A stretch of 64,000 nucleotides of DNA from an uncultured Legionellaceae bacterium. Lineage in GTDB: Bacteria; Pseudomonadota; Gammaproteobacteria; Legionellales; Legionellaceae. Location of the stretch: contig CAZNFJ010000001.1 of the NCBI GenBank assembly GCA_964572685.1, positions 7,838-71,837 of the forward strand, given 5' to 3'. The translations under genes were made by a program, and so were the position numbers. Below the pieces are notes generated by a model that was not told the DNA's origin, ran no database searches, and saw nothing but the letters and a program-made list of their open reading frames with translations. Positions 19,008 to 28,285 of the stretch are shown here, one piece after another; the first letter of the stretch is position 1, and each line of letters opens with the position of its first letter.

Positions 19008-19512
19008 GATCACAATTTTTTTACAACTTCCTTTAATGCAACAGTCTAATATTTTGCAGTCTTTATTTGATTGTTCAATTTAATTTATCGAAGTTCATTC
19101 ATCCTATTAAATTATTTTTTATGAATGGTCCTTTTTATTTTGATTGAGTATGTCAAGTATTGAGAAAGTACGAATGGCTGGAAACAGGCTATATGTATTT
19201 GAATGAATAGATATTAACAATATTTTCAAACTTAAATAAAATATTGCTTGATTTTAAGAGGCGATAATTTAAACTGAATACCGAATTAACCCGTAATAGT
19301 GGATTTTTTAAGAAGTATCGTCGAAACCGTCTATGTGGCACTTCATTTTTTTGCTGAAGTCAATCGCATGCTGGTGTCATTGACTAGATGCTCTAATTGA
19401 CAGAAATTTCATAAAGAAACCTTTCGCTTAGAGGAGCATCTATTACACTATCGCTCTATTCAGAGCTTAATTTGATGATGCTTTATCCTCTTGTAATAAA
19501 TTAGGATGTGAT

Positions 19513-20160
19513 ATGAAACAGTTGAAATTTTTGGTAGGTCTTGGTTTTGTTGCAGCAATAACAGGGTGTGCTGCCACACAGACTGTGATTGAGCATGGAA
19601 AAATGTCTGTTCATACCCAGCAAAGCCAAAGTATTTTTCTAGAGCCTGTGGCTGATAGTCAAAAAACAATTTTTGTGTCGGTGAAAAATAATACCGAAGA
19701 AGAAATTAATATCAGCGGTCAACTCAAAGATCGTTTAAAAGAAGAAGGCTATCAAGTATTAAGTGATGCGCAAAATGCTCATTATGTTTTACAAACGAAT
19801 GTTTTACAAATTGGCAAAATAAGTGCATCTGCGTCAAGTTTAGCCTTGGGTGGTGGTTTTGGTTCTGCGTTAGCAGGAGCGACCGCAGGTGCTGCACTGG
19901 GTAGTTTTGCGCATTCAACCAGCGCTATTGTCGCAGGTGGCTTATCAGGTGGAGTTGTTGGACTTGCAGCCGATGCCTTGGTCAAAGATGTATCTTATTC
20001 GATGATAACCGATGTACAAATCACCGAGCACAAAGCCCATGGTGATAAGCGATATCGAACGCGTATTATTTCTAGTGCTAACCAAGTGAATTTAAAATTT
20101 AGCAGTGCCAAGCCGCTTTTGGAAAAAGGACTTATTAAAGCGATTTCTGGCATTTTTTAA
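19513..20160 (+). CDS. traT: TraT-like complement-resistance / surface-exclusion lipoprotein
   Basis: Lipobox (AAITGC). Collinear with F-plasmid TraT as I recall it (SIFLEPV, FVSVKNNT, Gly/Ala-rich middle, ADALVKDVSYSMITDVQI, RTRIISSANQVNLKF..AKPLLE). Confidence 0.85.
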   Translation: MKQLKFLVGLGFVAAITGCAATQTVIEHGKMSVHTQQSQSIFLEPVADSQKTIFVSVKNNTEEEINISGQLKDRLKEEGYQVLSDAQNAHYVLQTNVLQIGKISASASSLALGGGFGSALAGATAGAALGSFAHSTSAIVAGGLSGGVVGLAADALVKDVSYSMITDVQITEHKAHGDKRYRTRIISSANQVNLKFSSAKPLLEKGLIKAISGIF

Positions 20161-20263
20161 TTGTTGTATTGTAAATTACAGCCTCTCCAAATCAAGCAAT
20201 AATCGATTGTTTTTCAGAGAGGCACGATGGTCTACTTTTTTATTGTAGATGCTTGTCATCAGT

Positions 20264-20935
20264 TTAGCTGAATTTGTAAATCAAAGATAATTCTCCAATC
20301 AGATTGCCTGGTCCCTTGGTGATAAGTGAAGAGGGTGTATTATCGGATAAAAATGACGTCCCGCTATAGAGATTGTAATAGGCGTCTAATCGAACCAATA
20401 TATTTTTTTTGACAATTGTTGTAAATCCTAAGCCAGTTTGAAATCCATTTAGATTATAGCCTTTATTGTAGTTGCCATAGTCACCTGTGCCTTCAGAAAG
20501 AAATCGGCCATTAACGTAACCCAATATCCAATGTCCTGTGACATCAGGAGAAAAAACGTATTGTGGAAGAACTCTGCCGCCAGCTTGGTATCGTTGACTA
20601 TTTTTGACGGAACCATTTGAGTCAATAATACTATTGCTAACGCCTACAGCATCAATAAAACCCTCAATAGCCACTCTAAAATGTTGAGTAAAACCAAAAT
20701 CATATCCACCATAACCACCACCGAGGATCCCTGTGGAAGATAACTGATGGGTTTCAGGTAGATAAGAACGAGAATCTTTGAGCTGCATATTAATGATTCC
20801 TAGACTCCCTGAAAGGTATGCCCCATTTTGAGTCAATATTGACTCATTTATTTTAGGACCCATGTCACCAGCAAAGGCATAAGAGACGACAAATATCGAA
20901 GTAAAAAGACATAATGATTGTTTGAAAATATTCAT
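20264..20935 (-). CDS. Small outer-membrane beta-barrel protein (OMP_b-brl/Opa-like family), paralogue 1
   Basis: Signal peptide MNIFKQSLCLFTSIFVVSYAFA, alternating beta-strand pattern, GGGYGGYDF motif. The track ORF is over-extended at the N-terminus. Confidence 0.75.
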   Translation of the reverse strand: MNIFKQSLCLFTSIFVVSYAFAGDMGPKINESILTQNGAYLSGSLGIINMQLKDSRSYLPETHQLSSTGILGGGYGGYDFGFTQHFRVAIEGFIDAVGVSNSIIDSNGSVKNSQRYQAGGRVLPQYVFSPDVTGHWILGYVNGRFLSEGTGDYGNYNKGYNLNGFQTGLGFTTIVKKNILVRLDAYYNLYSGTSFLSDNTPSSLITKGPGNLIGELSLIYKFS

Positions 20936-20963
20936 TTCATTTCCTCTATTGAGCACAAGTGGT

Positions 20964-21650
20964 TTAGTCAAATTTATACACAAAACCCACATCAGCTTCT
21001 AAAGTTGAAAAATTGTTGGTATAGGAAATAAGTGACGTGCCAGGATTGCCTTCACTATTCGTGCTTATGCCATTGATTTGCGAGGATGCGTATAGGGTAT
21101 ACAATACATCTGTTCGCAGATAAATATGATTCCAAAGAGGGGTTCTAATGCCTGCGCCACATTGGAATCCATTCTCATCAATACTATTGGATACATACCC
21201 ATAGTTTCCATTATCTTGAATATTGAATTTTCCATAGGAATACCCAAGAATAGCATAACCTATCGTATCTGGCGTAAAGGCATAACCGGGTAGGGCTCTT
21301 ACCCCAAGATTGTATTTCATGTGTGCAGTATATACGGGTGAATTTCCATTGAGATCAGCATAGTTTTGGTATGAGGATGCATTTAAATTGGTGGCATTCA
21401 TAAACCATTCAATGCCAAGTTTAAGATGTTCTTGAATTGAAAAATCATAGCCAGCAAAACCACCACCAACTAAGCCTGTCGCACCCAAATGATGCATTGC
21501 TTGAGCAGGTGTTGGCGTAGACTCTTTATCAACTAAGTTAGCAATTCCGATATCACCACCCAAGTAAAAGTGATTATAGTCAGCCGTATGAGCAATTTTG
21601 GATAGAAAAAGCAAAGATAAAAAAGGAATAAGACAAGTATTTTTTTTCAT
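20964..21650 (-). CDS. Small outer-membrane beta-barrel protein, paralogue 2
   Basis: Signal peptide MKKNTCLIPFLSLLFLSKIAHT, GGGFAGYDF motif. Collinear with the downstream paralogue. Confidence 0.75.
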   Translation of the reverse strand: MKKNTCLIPFLSLLFLSKIAHTADYNHFYLGGDIGIANLVDKESTPTPAQAMHHLGATGLVGGGFAGYDFSIQEHLKLGIEWFMNATNLNASSYQNYADLNGNSPVYTAHMKYNLGVRALPGYAFTPDTIGYAILGYSYGKFNIQDNGNYGYVSNSIDENGFQCGAGIRTPLWNHIYLRTDVLYTLYASSQINGISTNSEGNPGTSLISYTNNFSTLEADVGFVYKFD

Positions 21651-21876
21651 TCAAACATCCTTGTATAAATTTCTAAGTAAATTTTATTTTTATATAAACG
21701 ACTCGTCAATAAAATAGCTCGTTAATAATCTTTAGCATCTATGTTCTTAGTTGAGTAACATTAACTAAAAGACCGGGATAAAGAGTAAAATTATTATAAA
21801 CGTCCCTATGAAAATAGTAAATCGTCAAACAATTCGCTCGCTTCGAATGGACTATATAAAAAATCGGTATTTTTTC

Positions 21877-21904
21877 TTGTCATTTTGTCCTTTTTCAATA
21901 TAAT
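21877..21904 (+). promoter_or_regulatory. Candidate sigma70 promoter of petABC
   Basis: TTGTCA, 16-nt spacer, TATAAT (21899-21904), 30 nt upstream of the petA ATG. Confidence 0.45.
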
Positions 21905-21933
21905 GTTAGTTTTGAGTTGTCTGAGTCGATTTT

Positions 21934-22479
21934 ATGTGTTCGAATACAGATTTATCGCGTCGTCAATTTTTGCAAAAAGCCTTATCTGCTATGGTCGGAG
22001 TGGGTGTTTTAGCCAGTCTTTTTCCTTTTTTGCGCTCTTGGTTCCCTTCTCAGCAAACTTTATTAAGTGAGGCTCCCGTTCGTTGTGATATATCCACGTT
22101 GGAGCCTGGTGATTTAATGACGGTCTTATGGCAAGGCAAACCTGTTTGGATTTTACGTCGAACACCTTTAATGGTTCAATCTTTGACTTTAAATAATTCG
22201 CAATTACGAGATCCTCATTCCCGTGAGGCCTTCCAGCCAGCTAATATTCAAAATGATTTTCGCTCTTTGCATCAGGAATATTTTGTGGCCATTGGTCAAT
22301 GTACGCATATGGGATGTATTCCCATGCTTAAACAAAAAGCATTTGTTTGTCCTTGTCACGGTTCTCGTTTTGATTTAGCTGGACGAGTTGTTAAAGATGT
22401 TCCGGCACCGAGAAATTTAGATATCCCCCCATATCGATTTGATGATCTTGGACAAACAATTGTGATAGGAGAAACATGA
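21934..22479 (+). CDS. petA: Ubiquinol-cytochrome c reductase Rieske iron-sulfur subunit
   Basis: Tat signal SRRQFL. Rieske boxes CTHMGC and CPCHGSRF. Confidence 0.9.
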   Translation: MCSNTDLSRRQFLQKALSAMVGVGVLASLFPFLRSWFPSQQTLLSEAPVRCDISTLEPGDLMTVLWQGKPVWILRRTPLMVQSLTLNNSQLRDPHSREAFQPANIQNDFRSLHQEYFVAIGQCTHMGCIPMLKQKAFVCPCHGSRFDLAGRVVKDVPAPRNLDIPPYRFDDLGQTIVIGET

Positions 22480-23630
22480 TGTGGTCGAAAATTGAGAAAC
22501 GTTTTCCTCTTCGCACTTTTTTGTATCAGCATCTGAAGGCCTATCAAGTCCCGGCAACTTTGAATTTTTGGTATGCCTTTGGCATGATGGCACTACTTAT
22601 GGTTTTGAATCAATTTTTCAGTGGTTTTTGGTTGGTCATGTTTTATGTGCCAACCGTTGGCGAAGCATTTTCTTCGATTCAAATACTGATGCATCAAGTG
22701 CCCAGCGGTTGGTTTATTCGTTATTTACACACCACCGGCGCTTCATTTTTGTTTATTGTGCTTTATGCGCATGTGTTTCGAGCTTTTTTGTATGGTTCCT
22801 ACCGGTCGCCTCGTGAAGTCGTTTGGTTTTTGGGAATGTTTTTGTGGCTTTTGATGATGATGGAAGCTTTTATGGGCTATGTTTTACCGTGGGGACAGAT
22901 GTCTTATTGGGGTGCACAAGTTGTTACTTCAGCTCTAGATGGTATTCCTTGGATTGGTGGTGATCTTAAATATTGGTTGCGGGGTGCAGAGCAAGTGGGA
23001 CAGCCTTTATTACAACGATTCTTCGCTTTTCACATCATATTATTGCCTTTTTTATTGTTTATATTTGTCAAGTTGCATATTGTGGCCATTCGTTGTGTGG
23101 GGTCCAGTGAGCCAAATGAGGTTTCTTCCCCTCGACAGAAAAAAATTGCTTTTATCCCTCATCACTTAGCGAAAGAATCTTTGCCTTTGAGTATTTTTAT
23201 TCTTTTGTTTTTTGTGGTGTTATTTTTTTTCCCAAGCTTAGGTGGATTATTTATTGAAGGCGTCAATCAACAGGTTGCCAATCCTTTACAAACACCCACC
23301 CCTATCCATCCGCCTTGGTACATAACACCTTTTTTTGCAATATTAAGGGCCATTCCTCATTTAAGCCTTGGGCTTTTAGTAACCATGCTATCTTTTTTTC
23401 TATTTTTTGGATTGCCTTGGTTGGACAGAAGTTCTGCTCGTACTTTGATGCATAAAAATCGTTTACATCGCTACATGGTCTATGGTTTCTGTTTGAATTT
23501 TGTTGGGCTTGGGATCCTTGGCTGGTTTGAGGTGACTGAGGTGACTCTATTTTTTGCGCGTGTGGCTGTAGGTTTTTATTTTTCCTTTTTTTTGCTCATG
23601 CCTTACTATAGTCGATGGAAATGCTCATGA
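22476..23630 (+). CDS. petB: Cytochrome b of the bc1 complex
   Basis: Polytopic, with conserved His-containing helices (IRYLHTTGASF, FFAFHIILLPF) and a PEWY-equivalent region (HPPWY). Confidence 0.9.
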   Translation: MMWSKIEKRFPLRTFLYQHLKAYQVPATLNFWYAFGMMALLMVLNQFFSGFWLVMFYVPTVGEAFSSIQILMHQVPSGWFIRYLHTTGASFLFIVLYAHVFRAFLYGSYRSPREVVWFLGMFLWLLMMMEAFMGYVLPWGQMSYWGAQVVTSALDGIPWIGGDLKYWLRGAEQVGQPLLQRFFAFHIILLPFLLFIFVKLHIVAIRCVGSSEPNEVSSPRQKKIAFIPHHLAKESLPLSIFILLFFVVLFFFPSLGGLFIEGVNQQVANPLQTPTPIHPPWYITPFFAILRAIPHLSLGLLVTMLSFFLFFGLPWLDRSSARTLMHKNRLHRYMVYGFCLNFVGLGILGWFEVTEVTLFFARVAVGFYFSFFLLMPYYSRWKCS

Positions 23631-24136
23631 AAAAATGGCTCCTTTTGCTTTTTTATCTTACCGTTGGTTTTGCGCAAGGGACTCATGAAAAGGGGCGACA
23701 GTATTTTCAAGTGTACTGTAGTGCTTGTCATGGTTTGAGTCATGGTTCATTAGAAACAGTTCAAAAGCCAGCTTTATCTGCGGAGGATGCTCTAAAGTGG
23801 TTTGGTCGACAACCGCCTGATTTATCATTGGTGACTTTAAAATATTCAAAATCGTGGGTGGTCGCATATCTTACGGGTTTTTATCCTGATGAAGCACAAC
23901 GTTTTGGTAGTAATAATTATTTGCTCCCGAATGTGGTGATGCCTAATGTATTTGCAAGTCAGGGGAAGAATGATAAGATAAATTTAAATAAAATTGCATC
24001 AGATATTGCTGATTTTCTAGATGATGTGTCGCAACCCGAGCGTCATCATCGTCATCAATTGGGTATTTTGGTTTGCTTATGGTGTATGATTATTGTGATA
24101 TTATCAGCAATGTTAAGTAAGATTTATAAAAAATGA
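23627..24136 (+). CDS. petC: Cytochrome c1 (unusually short, about 169 aa)
   Basis: Signal peptide, heme motif CSACHG, PPDLSLV, Met-ligand region VVMPNVF, C-terminal TM anchor. ATGA coupling to petB. Confidence 0.8.
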   Translation: MKKWLLLLFYLTVGFAQGTHEKGRQYFQVYCSACHGLSHGSLETVQKPALSAEDALKWFGRQPPDLSLVTLKYSKSWVVAYLTGFYPDEAQRFGSNNYLLPNVVMPNVFASQGKNDKINLNKIASDIADFLDDVSQPERHHRHQLGILVCLWCMIIVILSAMLSKIYKK

Positions 24137-24219
24137 TTTTTTTTTAATAAATTGACCTAGGAATGTGATAGAATAACTTTTTTATTTGATTCCCCGATAA
24201 GACCCTGGAGATCTACTCA

Positions 24220-24840
24220 ATGGCTATTGTAACTAAACGTACCGTTATGACATTACACACCGATCAATCGGATGTATATAGTCATCAGGTTCGCATTGTA
24301 CTTGCTGAAAAAGGTGTTAATGTTGAACTTGTCTCTGCCGATCCGAATCATCCTTCTGATGATTTGTTAAATTTAAATCCTTATGGCACCGTACCTACTT
24401 TGATGGATAGAGATTTGGTATTGTTTGAAGCACGTATCATCATGGAATATTTGGATGAACGATTTCCTCATCCACCTTTACTACCTGTGTATCCTGTAGC
24501 TCGAGCTGAAAGTAGAAAGATGATGTATCGTATTGAGCATGATTGGTATCAATTGATGGACGCAATTTTAAAGAATGAGCAAACAGAACAAGCACGTGAA
24601 GCTTTAACAGAAAGCCTGATGTCTTTAGAGCCTGTATTTGCAGATAAACCTTATTTTTTAAGTGATGAATTTTCACTGTTGGATTGCATCATGGCCCCCT
24701 TACTTTGGAGATTACCCATGTTGGGTGTTGAAATTCCGGGATCTTGCAAAGGTTTACAGCATTATATGCAACGATTATTTCAACGAGATTCGTTTAAAGC
24801 AAGCTTAACCGACACAGAAAAACAAATGAGAGTCGCATGA
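24220..24840 (+). CDS. sspA: Stringent starvation protein A
   Basis: GST-fold sequence typical of SspA (MTLHTDQSDVYSHQVRIVLAEKGV..., NPYGTVPTL), upstream of sspB. Confidence 0.9.
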   Translation: MAIVTKRTVMTLHTDQSDVYSHQVRIVLAEKGVNVELVSADPNHPSDDLLNLNPYGTVPTLMDRDLVLFEARIIMEYLDERFPHPPLLPVYPVARAESRKMMYRIEHDWYQLMDAILKNEQTEQAREALTESLMSLEPVFADKPYFLSDEFSLLDCIMAPLLWRLPMLGVEIPGSCKGLQHYMQRLFQRDSFKASLTDTEKQMRVA

Positions 24841-25229
24841 AATCTAAAAAGCCATATTTATTAAGAGCTTATTACGATTGGATAACCGATAATGGCTGGA
24901 CGCCTTATCTTCTGGTTAATGCTAATTATCCGCATGTGACTGTGCCGACTCAGTATATTCGCAACGGAAAAGTTATTTTGGATATTTCACCAACAGCGTG
25001 TCGAGAATTGTTGATGAATGCAAAAGGGGTGAGTTTTTCAGCACGATTTGCAGGTCAATTAACGCATATTCAGTTACCATTGGGTTCTTTGCAAGCCATT
25101 TATGCGAAAGAAAACAGTGAAGGATTGACTTTTCAGTCCGAAGAAACTGATAAGCTTGAATCATTTCCTGAAAAAACACCAAATCAAAAGCCTATTTTAT
25201 CCATTGTCAGGAATGATGATAAGCAATAA
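24837..25229 (+). CDS. sspB: Stringent starvation protein B (ClpXP adaptor)
   Basis: KPYLLRAYYDWITDNGWTPYLLVNA..., canonical SspB N-terminal domain. Confidence 0.9.
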   Translation: MKSKKPYLLRAYYDWITDNGWTPYLLVNANYPHVTVPTQYIRNGKVILDISPTACRELLMNAKGVSFSARFAGQLTHIQLPLGSLQAIYAKENSEGLTFQSEETDKLESFPEKTPNQKPILSIVRNDDKQ

Positions 25230-26694
25230 ACTTGAGGGTTTAATTGATTGTACACAATGGCATGCGTTATATCAGAAACATGCCACTGTGAATATCGCAT
25301 CTAAAAAACCCAAGTCTTCCATCTTTTCTCAAAATATTCTTGAATTTATTTATCGTTATTTTAAACCAACTAATGCTATTCATCTTGCGCTTGCCTGTGG
25401 CGATGAAACCCGTTTTTTAGACGTTTTGCAATTGATTCAATGTGCCTGCGAGTATTCTTGGGATATAGATATTTTTATTTTGCCGGAGCTGGCCAAGGAA
25501 TGGCAAAAATTTATGCAATATGAGGAAGTGGTTTTTCCGGTCAAGTTTTCCAGCGATATTCCTTTGAAAAATCTTTATTTTTGTATTCTAGATTGCATTG
25601 CACCTTTGAATGAGAGTTCTTTAAGTGAAGCCCACCAGGTATTGATGAGGGCTGTCGAGCTGCATCCTTCAATGACAATTGCTCTGGATTTGCCTTCGGG
25701 ATTAAATCCCAATACAGGCGCAAGACGTTCTCCTCTTGTGATACATGCCCAATTGACTTTGTGTCGATATGCTTATTTTCAGGGTTTATATACTGGCGTG
25801 GCTCAGGAGTATATTGGTGCCTGTGCAATTTTAACCCCCGAATGGCCTTTGGTTTTGGACTTTAAGCATTATCTTTTAACCACTGACTATCTTCAAGCCA
25901 TTTGGCCCGCTCGGACAGCCTATGCCTCAAAAGCTTCTTTTAAAAGAGTTAAAGTAATTGCTGGGCAAAAATCAATGTTTGGGGCCAGTATTTTAGCTGG
26001 ATATGCAGCTTTTATCATGGGTGCCGGCTGGGTGGAAGTTTTGTTTCAAGAGGGATTAACTCCTCCATATGGACAATTCCCCGAAATTATTTGGCAACCG
26101 ATCGCAAAAGTTTCTGAGATATTAAACCATATTGAAGAAAGAGATATTGTCGTGGTGGGACCGGGCCTTGGCTCTGAAAAATGGGCAGATGATGTTTGGG
26201 CGTTGGTTAAAACTTTAACGAATACGATGGTCGTAGATGCCAGTGCCTTAAAATACCTTGCGAAAGAGCCCTACAAACGAGATAATTGGGTACTCACACC
26301 GCATCCTGGAGAGGCTGCTGCTTTATTGGGGTGGTCAGTGGAAGACGTGCAGTTTGACCGATTCAAGGCAATTCAAGCATTACAAAAAAAATTTGGGGGG
26401 ACTTGTGTTCTCAAAGGCTCGGGCAGTTTAATCGCACATGATACCCAAATTGATTTTTTATCTGCTGATGGAAATCCGGGTATGGCAACGCCTGGCATGG
26501 GTGATGTATTATCCGGACTGATTGCTGGATGTCTGGCACAAATGCCTGATCCACTTCAAGCCACGTTATTGGCGGTAGGTCTTCATGCGCGAGCCGGTGA
26601 TCGGGTGATGCAAAAAAATCCTGCCATGATTGTACGACCCATTAAACTTTTACAAGAATTACAAAATCATATGCAGGATGTTTTATGCAAATGA
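25213..26694 (+). CDS. nnr: Bifunctional NAD(P)H-hydrate repair enzyme Nnr (YjeF); N-terminal epimerase domain looks degenerate
   Basis: C-terminal dehydratase motifs are intact (GPGLG, LTPHPGEAA, LKGSGS, GNPGMATPGMGDVLSG). The N-terminal domain keeps LDLPSGLNPNTG but lacks the GNNGGDG loop. The start is uncertain (25156/25213/25216). Confidence 0.85.
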   Translation: MMISNKLEGLIDCTQWHALYQKHATVNIASKKPKSSIFSQNILEFIYRYFKPTNAIHLALACGDETRFLDVLQLIQCACEYSWDIDIFILPELAKEWQKFMQYEEVVFPVKFSSDIPLKNLYFCILDCIAPLNESSLSEAHQVLMRAVELHPSMTIALDLPSGLNPNTGARRSPLVIHAQLTLCRYAYFQGLYTGVAQEYIGACAILTPEWPLVLDFKHYLLTTDYLQAIWPARTAYASKASFKRVKVIAGQKSMFGASILAGYAAFIMGAGWVEVLFQEGLTPPYGQFPEIIWQPIAKVSEILNHIEERDIVVVGPGLGSEKWADDVWALVKTLTNTMVVDASALKYLAKEPYKRDNWVLTPHPGEAAALLGWSVEDVQFDRFKAIQALQKKFGGTCVLKGSGSLIAHDTQIDFLSADGNPGMATPGMGDVLSGLIAGCLAQMPDPLQATLLAVGLHARAGDRVMQKNPAMIVRPIKLLQELQNHMQDVLCK

Positions 26695-27146
26695 ATCTTT
26701 ATTTAAAATCCTTAGAGTCTACTGAAGCATTTGCAAAAGAAATGGCAGGTGCTTTAAAACCACCATTAATAGTTGGTTTGCGGGGCGAAATTGGTATGGG
26801 TAAAACCAGTTTGGTTCGTGCATTATTACGAAGTTTGGGCATTCAATCAGCCATTAAAAGTCCAACCTTTAATTTGGTAGAAACTTATGAAACTGACCTG
26901 GGTGTGATTCACCATTTTGATTTATATCGCATCAGCTCTCTGGATGATTTGGAGTATTTGGGGTTTCGAGATTATTTACAGGGCCCTCAGATTTGCTTAG
27001 TTGAATGGCCTGAAAAAGTTGAAAGTCTATTGGATGTTATGGTGGAATTTTATATGCCCCAAGATCGAGAGGGACGAACTTTATCGATCAAGGCGAATAC
27101 AATTTTAGGTGAACAAATGATTGCAAAATTGCTGGAAAAAACATGA
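26685..27146 (+). CDS. tsaE: tRNA t6A biosynthesis ATPase TsaE (YjeE)
   Basis: P-loop GEIGMGKTSLVRALL, HFDLYR motif, and synteny between nnr and the amidase. Confidence 0.9.
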   Translation: MQMNLYLKSLESTEAFAKEMAGALKPPLIVGLRGEIGMGKTSLVRALLRSLGIQSAIKSPTFNLVETYETDLGVIHHFDLYRISSLDDLEYLGFRDYLQGPQICLVEWPEKVESLLDVMVEFYMPQDREGRTLSIKANTILGEQMIAKLLEKT

Positions 27147-28285
27147 TGATAAAAATATTCTTCAGTTGCTTATTGTTTGCGATTTCATTGAGTGGTCATG
27201 CTAAGATTTTACAAGGTTTAGATGTGCAATCCACACAAATCACCATGAGGCTAGATTCACGTGTCATGCCAAAAATCTTTAAATTGACACAACCTAATCG
27301 ATTGGTGATTGATTTACCACAAACGGTCATTTCTTCCGCACTTCGGCATGATATGTATCAAAATGGATATTCTATCCGATTGGCGGAGCATGGCCGAGAA
27401 TATACGCGTATTGTGTTGGAATCTTCCTCGTTAAAAAATTTTCACCTGACATCAGCAGGATTTGTTGGAAGAATTTATCAAATTCGTATCAGTTTACAAA
27501 CTGGAGTGACATCGGTATCTGTAGTAAAGCGTTACTCACCTGTTGCAATGACGCCTTCTGTTCGTATGATGCCCATGCGTCGTAAAATTTTGGTGGTGAT
27601 TGATCCAGGACATGGTGGTAAAGATCCAGGTGCTTTTGGCTATTACAAAACTCGTGAAAAGGATGTGGTTTTGCAAATTGCTAAACGGCTAAAAAGAAAA
27701 ATAGATAGTTACCCAGGGATGCAGGCTATATTAACTCGAGATGGTGATTATTTTATTGATTTAAGACAACGGCTCAATATCTCCAGACGATATCATCCTG
27801 ATATTTTTGTGGCTATTCATGCGGACGCATTTACGCATCCCCGATCGCATGGCGCATCGGTTTTTGCTTTATCGCAACGAGGCGCCACCAGTGAGGCTGC
27901 TCGATGGTTGGCTGCTAAAGAAAACTATTCTGAATTAGGTGGCGTGAATTTGAAAGAGCTTGATGATCGCAATGGCATGGTTCGGTCGGTACTGATTGAT
28001 TTGTCTCAAACTGCAACCATCCAAGCCAGCATTAAAATGGGACAACAAGTACTTAGAGAATTGGGACAAGTCACGACATTGCATAATCCACGTGTAGAGC
28101 AGGCTGGATTTTTGGTATTGAAATCACCAGATATTCCCTCCATTTTAGTTGAAACCGGTTTTATTTCAAATCCACAAGAAGAAAGACGTTTGGTATCGGC
28201 AGTTTATCAAGAACAATTAAGTCAATCTATTTTCAATGGGATTCGCCAATACTTTCATGAATATCCTCCAAGAGGACGTTCATGA
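27143..28285 (+). CDS. amiB: N-acetylmuramoyl-L-alanine amidase (AMIN + Amidase_3 domains)
   Basis: Signal peptide and an AMIN-like N-terminal domain. Amidase_3 motifs IDPGHGGKDPGA, FVAIHADA, SILVETGFISN. The symbol is assigned from tsaE-amiB-mutL-miaA synteny. Confidence 0.85.
   Translation: MMIKIFFSCLLFAISLSGHAKILQGLDVQSTQITMRLDSRVMPKIFKLTQPNRLVIDLPQTVISSALRHDMYQNGYSIRLAEHGREYTRIVLESSSLKNFHLTSAGFVGRIYQIRISLQTGVTSVSVVKRYSPVAMTPSVRMMPMRRKILVVIDPGHGGKDPGAFGYYKTREKDVVLQIAKRLKRKIDSYPGMQAILTRDGDYFIDLRQRLNISRRYHPDIFVAIHADAFTHPRSHGASVFALSQRGATSEAARWLAAKENYSELGGVNLKELDDRNGMVRSVLIDLSQTATIQASIKMGQQVLRELGQVTTLHNPRVEQAGFLVLKSPDIPSILVETGFISNPQEERRLVSAVYQEQLSQSIFNGIRQYFHEYPPRGRS

Noticed and set aside
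19398-19413. tgACAGAAATTTCATa, resembling the LetA/GacA box (TNAGAAATTTCTNA) upstream of Rsm-type sRNAs
   Set aside because: It matches only 10 of the 12 specified positions. The GAAATTTC palindrome is expected about twice by chance in 64 kb at this base composition. The roughly 100 nt between it and the traT start contains too few GGA motifs to be an RsmY/Z-like RNA.
19782-19985. Pro/Ala-rich 67-aa minus-strand ORF
   Set aside because: It is the antisense reading of the Gly/Ala-rich central segment of traT, which is a compositional artefact.
20181-20223. 7-bp inverted repeat GCCTCTC...GAGAGGC between the convergent traT and OMP genes
   Set aside because: The loop is about 29 nt and neither arm is followed directly by a T-run. 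It may help termination but is not convincing enough to annotate as a terminator.
21885-22070. 61-aa ORF upstream of and overlapping petA
   Set aside because: It starts inside the predicted petA promoter (-10 at 21899-21904) and overlaps the Tat-signal-encoding start of petA in another frame.
22568-23169. Two alternative-frame ORFs (82 and 76 aa) within petB
   Set aside because: The cytochrome b frame is unambiguous, and these are hydrophobic-looking shadows of T-rich codons.
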